36,586 bases of DNA from Frankiaceae bacterium. GTDB taxonomy: Bacteria; Actinomycetota; Actinomycetes; JAVEEJ01. How positions within the stretch are numbered: position 1 is the stretch's first letter; every line of letters starts with the position of its first letter. The notes under the pieces were generated by a model. That model saw nothing but the letters and a program-made list of their open reading frames with translations, had not been told where the DNA came from and searched no databases. The stretch spans positions 1-36,586 of the forward strand of contig JAVEEJ010000181.1 of the NCBI GenBank assembly GCA_030840515.1, read 5' to 3'. This document shows, piece by piece, positions 1 to 7,100 of the stretch. The translations under genes were made by a program, and so were the position numbers.

Positions 1-57
1 GCTGATGGTCGCCGTACGGCTGTCAACGGGGGTCACTGGGCCGTTCGGGGGCTCAGG

Positions 58-831
58 GTGACCGGGGTTCCTGCCGAGGGACCGGGCATGTCTTTGACCA
101 ATGACCTCGAGCGCACCCGGCGCGACCGCGCCCTGCTCGATGACCTCATAGCCAATCCGCAGCGCCTGGGCCCTGACTTCCAGCCCATCCGGCGGCTCGC
201 CGACGACACCGTGGTCGCTTACAAGGCGACCGGTCGCGGCCAGGCGGGCACCGACCTCGCGGACACCCTGACGCTGCTCGAAGCGGCGCAAGGGCTCGGT
301 GTGGTGGAGCGCCTGGACTGGGCGTTCCGCTGCCTCGCCTTCGACGTCGCGATCGACGCCGGGCTGCAGGCCGAGGTGCACCTGACGCCGGAGCCGGAGA
401 CCTTCGGCTCGGCCTGCCCTCCGCGGCTCGCGGTCTCCTTCGGTCGTGGCAAGCGCGCGCTTACCGTGGGCGCCGAGCTGCACCTGCAGGCGTTCGACGA
501 CTCGGTCGCGATGCGGCGTGCGGTCGACGAGTGGCGCGAGTACGGATGGAAGGTCGTCGTCGCCGACGTGGCGGACCGCGAGGACGCCGTGGGTCTCATC
601 CCGGTGCTTCGACCCGACTACGTCCAGCTGGACATGTCGCTGCCAGGGCGTACGGCGGTCGGCACCGCGCCGTCCGTGCGCCGGCTGGTTTCCGCGGCAC
701 TGGACAACGGCGCCGAGGTCATGGCGACCCGGGTCGACGTACCTTCGCGTCGTCCGGAGGCGGCTGAGCTGGGCGCGACCTGTGCCCGCGGTCTCATCCT
801 CGGCGCACCGGGACCGCTGCCGCGCTCCTAG
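58..831 (+). CDS. Stand-alone EAL-domain-like protein with degenerate catalytic motifs
   Basis: 257-aa ORF with strong third-position GC bias. EAL-fold landmarks occur in the expected order but are mutated: FQPIRRL (QPI); AYKATGRG where E-A-L-x-R is expected; VVADVADRED where DDFGTG is expected; PDYVQLDMSL where dy-K-iD is expected; VMATRVDV where AEGVE is expected; ARGLILGAP where QGylfsrP is expected. Alternative ATG start at 88. Confidence 0.7.
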   Translation: MTGVPAEGPGMSLTNDLERTRRDRALLDDLIANPQRLGPDFQPIRRLADDTVVAYKATGRGQAGTDLADTLTLLEAAQGLGVVERLDWAFRCLAFDVAIDAGLQAEVHLTPEPETFGSACPPRLAVSFGRGKRALTVGAELHLQAFDDSVAMRRAVDEWREYGWKVVVADVADREDAVGLIPVLRPDYVQLDMSLPGRTAVGTAPSVRRLVSAALDNGAEVMATRVDVPSRRPEAAELGATCARGLILGAPGPLPRS

Positions 832-851
832 CTCGCGCGCTCCTAGCTCCG
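822..851 (+). repeat. Direct 15-bp duplication (GCGCTCCTAGCTCGC / GCGCTCCTAGCTCCG) containing the EAL-like gene's stop codon
   Basis: In frame this reads CCG CGC TCC TAG CTC GCG CGC TCC TAG. That gives two in-frame TAG codons 15 nt apart (829-831 and 844-846). Confidence 0.85.
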
Positions 852-901
852 CCTGTGGACAAGCCCGGCGGCGGGTTCTCGGACCTGTCCAGACTCCCGC
901 C

Positions 902-1174
902 ATGCACACAGACGTCCACCCGGAGAGCCTGGGCGCTGCGGCTACTTCGTTGGCCCGCGTCGCGGCCGAGCTAGCCGAGGCGCGCCAACAGCTGTCCGCC
1001 GTACACGCGCGCTCCACCGACCTCGGTCGCGCCGGTGCGGCCGCAGCGCACGAGACCTGGCGCAGCGCCGACCGGGCGCTCACCGGAGTGAGCGAGAGCG
1101 TGTCCTCGCTGGGTGACGCGCTCCGGTTGCTGGCGACCGTCTACGCCGACGTAGAGCGCGGGGCCGTGCGGTGA
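902..1174 (+). CDS. Small all-helical protein, EspC/WXG100-like (possible type VII secretion partner or chaperone)
   Basis: ATG at 902 lies in frame inside the 446..1174 ORF. The 90-aa product MHTDVHPESLGAAATSLARVAAELAEARQQL... resembles the 'v-dPeaL-aaA--L---A--L' opening of EspC/ESX-associated small proteins. Its stop overlaps the next start (GTGA at 1171-1174). High GC3. Confidence 0.6.
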   Translation: MHTDVHPESLGAAATSLARVAAELAEARQQLSAVHARSTDLGRAGAAAAHETWRSADRALTGVSESVSSLGDALRLLATVYADVERGAVR

Positions 1175-2451
1175 GCGCGACGGTGCTGGAGCCTCCCGCT
1201 CCGGCCTACCCCGCTCCCGTCACCCTGCCGCGGGTGGCGGCGAGCCCGGTTGATGCGCGCCGGCTCGCACGGGCTTATCGGGAGAGCGCGCGGACGACTG
1301 AGGACGCCGCGCGGCAGCTGCGTCAGGTGGTGCAGGGCCTGCCGTGGGCGGGTCGCGCGGCTCAGTCGAGGTGGGTACCTGCGGAGGTCGTGCTCGGGGA
1401 CTTGCACCGGCTCGCGGAGGGGTTGCACGAGGTGGCCCGCTCACTGGAGTCCTATGCGCACGCGTTGGACAAGGCGCACGAGAAGCACCACTGGTCGCTG
1501 AAGAAGCTCGCCGTCATCGGTGCCGTCGTTGTCGTGACCGCGGTCGCGGTGACCGTGACGATGGGAGCCGCGGCCGTTGCTGTCGGCACAGCTGAGGCGG
1601 CGCTCGCGGAGGGCGCTCTGGCCGGGGCTGGCGCGGCGGTCACTGCAGCGACTGCCGCGGAGGCTGGTGCCACCGCCTCACTGCTGTCCTCGGCCGGGAT
1701 GATGACGGGCCTGCGCGTGCTCGGGACGTTCGTGCTGCCGAAGCTCGCCCAGGCCGAGATCGCGGGTGGTTTGTCCGCCCTGCAGCAGGAGGTGTTCGCT
1801 GGGGAGATCTCTGGTTCGCAGGTCCTGCTCGACATGCAGCTCGGTCTGGCAGCCTCCGCGGCGACTGGGGCGGGCCTGCGCGCGGTGCGGGGCGCGGAGC
1901 TGACGGGTGCGGTGGGATGGGCGGCGCCCCATCTGGTGGTCGGCGCGGGCGTGGCAGGGACCAGTGCGCTCGGGCAGTGGGAGACGACGGGATCGGTCTC
2001 GGCGCAACGGGTGGCGCGCGACGGCGCACTCGGCGCCTACTTCTCGGGAGTCGGCTGGACCATCGCCCGCAACAGCGGGCTGGCCTACGCCACGCCCCGC
2101 GAGATCGAGCTCAGCAAGCGCTACAACTGGAACAACCCTGACACCCTCGCCAGACATGTCGCCGATCACGCCGCCGATCTCGGCATCACGAGCCCCGAGG
2201 AATACGTCCGGCAAGCACAGGCCCTGCTGCGCCGCGCCGAGGTGGGCGAAGTGGAATGGGGCTGGCAGCCTAGACATCGGTCCGTTGCAGTTTTGGACCG
2301 AACGAGTGGGACCTTCGCGACGTTCGATCCCGTGACCCGGGCCACGAAGACGCTCTACTCGCTGCTCGCCGGGGGCCAATCCGATTCGTATGTCACGTAC
2401 TACTGGAAGCGCTACGTGGAACCATGGCCCCGTGGGAAATGGGGAGTCTGA
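1171..2451 (+). CDS. Putative T7SS-type secreted polymorphic toxin: WXG/T7SS-signal-like N-terminus, Ala/Gly/Val-rich multi-TM region, unassigned C-terminal domain
   Basis: 426-aa ORF. Residues ~28-105 (DARRLARAYRESARTTEDAARQLRQVVQGLPWAGRAAQ...SLESYAHALDKAHEK) form a helix-turn-helix pattern with a W-x-G turn followed by AA, as in WXG100/T7SS-signal N-terminal domains of actinobacterial toxins. Residues ~110-290 are hydrophobic and A/G/V-rich. Residues ~300-426 are a polar globular domain rich in W/Y/H/R. Translationally coupled to both neighbours. Confidence 0.65.
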   Translation: MSATVLEPPAPAYPAPVTLPRVAASPVDARRLARAYRESARTTEDAARQLRQVVQGLPWAGRAAQSRWVPAEVVLGDLHRLAEGLHEVARSLESYAHALDKAHEKHHWSLKKLAVIGAVVVVTAVAVTVTMGAAAVAVGTAEAALAEGALAGAGAAVTAATAAEAGATASLLSSAGMMTGLRVLGTFVLPKLAQAEIAGGLSALQQEVFAGEISGSQVLLDMQLGLAASAATGAGLRAVRGAELTGAVGWAAPHLVVGAGVAGTSALGQWETTGSVSAQRVARDGALGAYFSGVGWTIARNSGLAYATPREIELSKRYNWNNPDTLARHVADHAADLGITSPEEYVRQAQALLRRAEVGEVEWGWQPRHRSVAVLDRTSGTFATFDPVTRATKTLYSLLAGGQSDSYVTYYWKRYVEPWPRGKWGV

Positions 2452-2452
2452 C

Positions 2453-2764
2453 GTGACGGATCCCGTGACGGTGTGCCCAGTCTGCGGCTGGCCACAGATG
2501 GAGGCTGACGATCGAGGCGAGCCCTTGGCACATGAGATCTGCGCCTGCTGTCGGACGCAGTTCGCCAAGAGCGAGTTCGACATCGAGTGGAGCTACGGGG
2601 TCGGCGATGACGGTGCTGCCTACCTGCTCCTCCGCAAGGCTTGGATCGATGCCGGTGCCCCTTGGGCACATGGGTCGCCACCGCCCGGATGGGATCCCGC
2701 GAAGCAGCTCGAGCAGGCGTTCGGGCGACCAGCTCACTTGCTCGACCCGCCACTCGAGGGATAA
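2453..2764 (+). CDS. Small CxxC...CxxC zinc-ribbon protein, candidate cognate immunity protein
   Basis: GTG at 2453 lies 1 nt after the upstream TGA (2449-2451). A GGGGAG Shine-Dalgarno sits at 2441-2446. Product MTDPVTVCPVCGWPQMEADDRGEPLAHEICACCRTQF... has two Cys pairs and then a Trp-rich tail (AGAPWAHGSPPPGWDPAKQL). The ORF track's 2390 start would overlap the upstream gene by 62 nt. Confidence 0.6.
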   Translation: MTDPVTVCPVCGWPQMEADDRGEPLAHEICACCRTQFAKSEFDIEWSYGVGDDGAAYLLLRKAWIDAGAPWAHGSPPPGWDPAKQLEQAFGRPAHLLDPPLEG

Positions 2765-2895
2765 CCGAGCGAGGCGCAGGTCCAGCGCTGCGGCTTGACC
2801 GCAACACGCCGGCGATTCTTGGTCCTGTCACGGTAACGGCGGTGCCACGGCGGCGAAGCGGACTAGCGCGGGCCCGCGGCGTCACGGCGACTGAC

Positions 2896-2920
2896 GATTG
2901 CCCCGCCCAGCGGGGCAATC
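2896..2920. terminator. 10-bp perfect hairpin between convergent genes (GATTGCCCCG-cccag-CGGGGCAATC)
   Basis: Inverted repeat read directly: arms 2896-2905 and 2911-2920, 5-nt loop. It lies between the + cassette (ends 2764) and the - TrmH gene (ends 2989). No U-tract on either strand. Confidence 0.4.
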
Positions 2921-2988
2921 GCCATCGGCGCGAGGTCAGCCCCCTGGTGCCTTCAGACAATGGCGCCGCAAGGGCGACGGCGCGAAGG

Positions 2989-3792
2989 TCAGCGCGGCCC
3001 GAGCGCATAACACGCAACGGCAGCGGCGGCCGCCACGTTCAGCGAGTCCACCCCGTGGTGCATGGGAATGCGCACCGCCAGATCGCCCTCGCGCAGCGCG
3101 GATGACGACAGCCCCGGGCCCTCGGCCCCCAACAGCAGGGCCACCTTGTCCGACGCCGAGAAGGACAGCGACCGCAGATCCACCGCGTCGGGCGACGGAG
3201 TGAGCGCCAACAGCTGGAAGCCCGCATCCCGCAGCACGCCAAGGTCACCTGGCCAGGCATCTGCCCGCGCATAAGGCAGCTGCAGCACAGCGCCCATCGA
3301 CACCCGCACCGCGCGCCGGTACAGCGGGTCGGCTGACAAGGGATCGAGTACGACGCCGTCCATGCCGAGACCGGCCGCCGCGCGGAATACAGCGCCGACG
3401 TTCGTCGGGTTGTTCACCTGCTCCAGGACGACCAGCCGCGACGCCGACGACGCGAGTGTGGCGATCGACGGGACAGGAACCCGGCCGAACGAGGCGAGCG
3501 CGCCGCGGTGCACGTGATAGCCGGTGACGGCTTCGAGTACGGCGACCTCCGCCGTGAAGACCACCGCGTCGTCCGGCAGCACGTCGGAGAGCGTCGACAA
3601 CCATCGCGGCTCCGCCAGGACAGTGCGCAGTGGATACCCGGACCGGAGCGCGCGCTCCACCACCCAGGCTCCTTCGGCGATGAAGAAGCCACCCCCGGGC
3701 TCGATGGAGCGGCGGCGTACGACGTCGGTGAGGTCGCGGTAGTCAGCCAGCCGCGGATCGGCGGGATCCGTGATGGGGACGGCGGTGCTCAG
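2989..3792 (-). CDS. TrmH/SpoU-family RNA 2'-O-methyltransferase
   Basis: SpoU motifs NVGAVFRAAAGLG, LLLGAEGPGLS and IPMHHGVDSLNVAAAAAVACYAL. The ORF track starts at GTG 3663. However, the same frame stays open upstream and encodes ...ITDPADPRLADYRDLTDVVRRRSIEPGGGFFIAEGAW, the conserved N-terminus of this family as I recall it. No ATG or GTG occurs in that stretch. The best candidate start is CTG at 3792-3790, overlapping the upstream TGA. A conservative call is 2989..3663. Confidence 0.75.
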   Translation of the reverse strand: MSTAVPITDPADPRLADYRDLTDVVRRRSIEPGGGFFIAEGAWVVERALRSGYPLRTVLAEPRWLSTLSDVLPDDAVVFTAEVAVLEAVTGYHVHRGALASFGRVPVPSIATLASSASRLVVLEQVNNPTNVGAVFRAAAGLGMDGVVLDPLSADPLYRRAVRVSMGAVLQLPYARADAWPGDLGVLRDAGFQLLALTPSPDAVDLRSLSFSASDKVALLLGAEGPGLSSSALREGDLAVRIPMHHGVDSLNVAAAAAVACYALGPR

Positions 3793-4151
3793 AGGTAGAG
3801 CCCGGTCTGACCGTCGTCGAGCCGTGCCGCGGCGACTGCGTGGATGTCGCGCTCGCGCAGCAGGATGTACTCGGTCCCGTGCAGCTCGACCTCCGCGCGG
3901 TCCTCCGGATCGAACAGGACACGGTCGCCCGTCTGCACCGCGCGCACGGTCGCCCCGACCGCGACGACCTCGGCCCAGGCCAGTCGCTTGCCCATCTGCG
4001 CGGTCGCCGGGATGACGATGCCCGCACTCGATCGGCGCTCCCCCGCCTCGCCGTCCAGGCTGACGAGCACCCGGTCGTGCAGCATCCGGACCGGCAGCCC
4101 CGCGTGCTCGGAGGCGGCGTTGCGGGCGGCGTTCGCTGGCATGACGACCAC
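3789..4151 (-). CDS. GroES/Cpn10-family co-chaperonin-like protein (paralogue type)
   Basis: MLHDRVLVSLDGEAGERRSSAGIVIPATAQ...AEVVAVG...VQTGDRVLFDPEDRAEVELHGTEYILLRERDIHAV matches the GroES layout (l-DRVLV-, mobile loop, GD-Vlf, ey-il-e-DIlAv). GTG 4151 or ATG 4142 as start. Confidence 0.8.
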   Translation of the reverse strand: MVVMPANAARNAASEHAGLPVRMLHDRVLVSLDGEAGERRSSAGIVIPATAQMGKRLAWAEVVAVGATVRAVQTGDRVLFDPEDRAEVELHGTEYILLRERDIHAVAAARLDDGQTGLYL

Positions 4152-4160
4152 GCTAGCGAC

Positions 4161-7100
4161 TCACAGCGCGAGCTCGACCCAGACCACCTTGCCGATGCCG
4201 GCCGGCCGGATTCCCCAGTCGCTCGCGACGCTGTCGACGAGGAACAAGCCACGTCCGCCTTCGTCGTCGAGCGCCGCCCGGCGCAGTCGCGGCAGGCTGC
4301 GGTCGGCGTCGGCCACCTCGACCACGAGCCCCTGCTCGCGGCAGCGCAGCCGAAGCGTGCACGGCGGGGAGCCGTAGCGCATCGCGTTGGTCACCAACTC
4401 GCTGACGATGAGCGTCACGGAGTCCGCGACGCCCTTGACCCCCCGCAGCTCGAGCTGCTCGAGCGCCCAGCGCCGAGCCAGCGCGACCTCGCCGTCGGCG
4501 TTCCCGATGTGACGGACCGACCACGCTGACGCGGCCTTGCGAGTGGGAGCGACGCGGGCGACGAGTACGGCGACGTCGTCACCGAAGTCCTCGTCGGCGT
4601 TGACCGCACGCAGCGCCGCCGCGCATAGTGCCGCCGCCGACTCGGTCACCCCGGCCAAGGCATCACGCACCAGGTCGATGCCGACATCGATGTCGCGCGT
4701 GCGCTCCTCGATCAGCCCGTCGGTGTAAAGGACGACCCCACCGCCGGGTGGCAGCGGGATCTCGGCCGCGACGTAGCGTGGGCCACCGACACCGAGCGGC
4801 GTCCCCACCACCAGGTCCAGCGTCATCGGCCGCGTTCCGTCGGGGTCGAGGATCAGCGGTGGTGGGTGGCCTGCGTTGGCCAGCACCACGGTGTTGGCCC
4901 CGGGGTCGAAGACCGCGTAGATCGCGGTGACGATCTGCACCTCCTCGAACCCGCGCACCACGCGGTCGAGTCCGGCCAGGACCTCATCGGGTGGCAACTC
5001 CATCGCGGCGTAGGCGCGTACCGCGGCCCGCACCTGGCCCATCACCGCGGCGGCCCGGATGCCGCGGCCCATGACGTCGCCGATGACCAAGGCGGTGCGA
5101 CCGCTCGACAGCGCGATCACGTCGAACCAGTCGCCGCCGACCTCGGTGCCCACCGTGCCCGGCACGTAGCGGTGCGCCACCTCGAGCCCCTCGGCCTCGT
5201 GGTGGTCCGCAGGCAGGAGGCTCTGCTGCAACGTCAGCGCGACCTCGGCGCGCTCCTCGAACTGGCGGGCGTGGCCGATCGCGGTCGCCGCACGCCGCCC
5301 CATCTGCGCGAGCAGGTCGAGGTCGTCCTCGCTCAGCCGGCGCCCCGACGGACCGTTGGCCAACGTCATCGTGCCGATGTTCTGCCCCGCGACGATGAGC
5401 GGCACGATGGCCACGGAGCGGTTGCCGATCTGGCGCAGGAGCTCGAGGTGCTCCTCGCCGCGGCCCCGCGTCTCGACGTACCCCTCGGGGAGCTCTGCCA
5501 GCAGTCGCGGTTCACCCGTGCGCGCGACCTCGTGCACGGTCGTGCTTCCCGTGTAGCCGTTCTCCAGGTCGACCAGCTTCGCCATGGCAGCGTGGAGCTC
5601 GGCATCCGCGTGGGCGAACGCCACCGCCCGCAGCCCTCGCTCGTCGGCGAGGTTGACCCAGCAGCAGTCGGCGAGCCGCGGCACCACGAGTCGCACGACC
5701 CGCGCCAGGTTCTCCTCGTAGTCGAGCGAGCTCGACAGGGTGCGGCCCACCTCCGCCAGCATCGACAGCCGGTCGCGCTGGTCCTGCGCAACGGACAGCG
5801 CGGCCCGCTCGGACTCGAGCAGCGCCGCGCGGTCGAGTGCCTGCGAGCACTGCGAGGCGATGGCCTCGACCAGCCGGCGCTCCTGGTCCCCGACCTCGCG
5901 CGATCCGTACCAGCCCAAGGTGAGCACGCCGAGCCTGCGATCGCGCACCTCGAGCGGCAGCAGCGCCATGGACTGCTCGCGCGCCTCGATGCCCGTCAGC
6001 ATCGGGTAGCGCGCATCGCGTTCGGTGAGGTCGTGCCACCACTGCGCCTGGCCCGCCCGGAAGACCTCGCTCGCCGGCAGCTCGGCATCCACCGGGAACG
6101 TCGTGAACCGCGTGCGCACCTCTGGGTCCAGCCCGACGGCCCGCACCAGCTCGAGGCTTCGACCGTCGGGGGTCACGTGGATCAAGCTGGCGTTGTCGGC
6201 GGCGAGCAGCGTCGCGACGCGACTCATCACGACCTCGGCGACGTCCTCCACGGTCCGCGCCTGGGACAGGCCACTGGTGATGTCGTGCAGCACCGCGAGC
6301 CGGGAGACCGCGGCCTCTGCCGCCACCCGCTGGCTCTCTGCAGTGCGGTGCGCCTCGCGCTCGGCCGCGTAGATGCGCGCCGCATCCAACGCGGCGCCGG
6401 CTCGGCGGCCGATCTCGGCGGCCAGCTCGACGTCTTCCGGGGGAAAGTGGCCCGCGTGCTCGGACGCCAGGCCGACCACTCCGACGACCCGGCCCCCGGC
6501 CATCAGGGGAACCGCCAGCGCAGCGCGCAGGCCCTGGCTCTCGAATGCGTGGCGTGAGGTGTCGCTGGGAGCGATGCTCGCCACGACCTCAGGCGTCATC
6601 TCGATCGCGACCGCCACGCCCTCCTCGGCTGCGCGCCGGTTGGGGTGCGCCGGCGGGTAGTCGACGAGAGCGCCAACCGGGCTCCAGCCCTGCGGAGGAC
6701 CGCCCTGAGCGTCGTGGACCAGAACCCGCCTGAAGGCGAGCGGCTCCTCGACCAGGTCGACGACGATGTGGGCGGCGAAGCTCGGGACGAACAGCTCGGC
6801 GAGGCCCGCCACGGTGCGCTCGAGGTCGAGCGCGACGCTGAAAAGCTCGGAGCAGCGGGACAAGAACGCCAGCCGCCGGCTCGCTGCGGCAGCCATCGCT
6901 GCGGCGGCGGTCGCCTCGCTGACGTCGATGACGACCAGCCCCAGGCAGGCCGGCCCCCCATCGGGCTCGAGCCGCAGCGCTGAGACTCGCCAGCTGCCAC
7001 CCTCGGCGCCCCCGGGCGTGACGACCAGGTCGAGTGCCGGGACGCCGGTGGCGAGGACCTGCGCGAAGCGCGACTGGAGCGGCCCGAGTGGCGGCACGGC

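Noticed and set aside
4866-6557. 563-aa + strand ORF antisense to the PP2C gene. Similar long shadow ORFs occur at 6766..7671, 7814..8911, 10877..12232, 12329..13282 and 13387..14835.
   Set aside because: These are typical high-GC shadow ORFs. Their compositions are Arg/Ala/Gly/His/Pro-heavy and motif-free. Each lies opposite a gene with unambiguous domain motifs and the expected GC3 bias.
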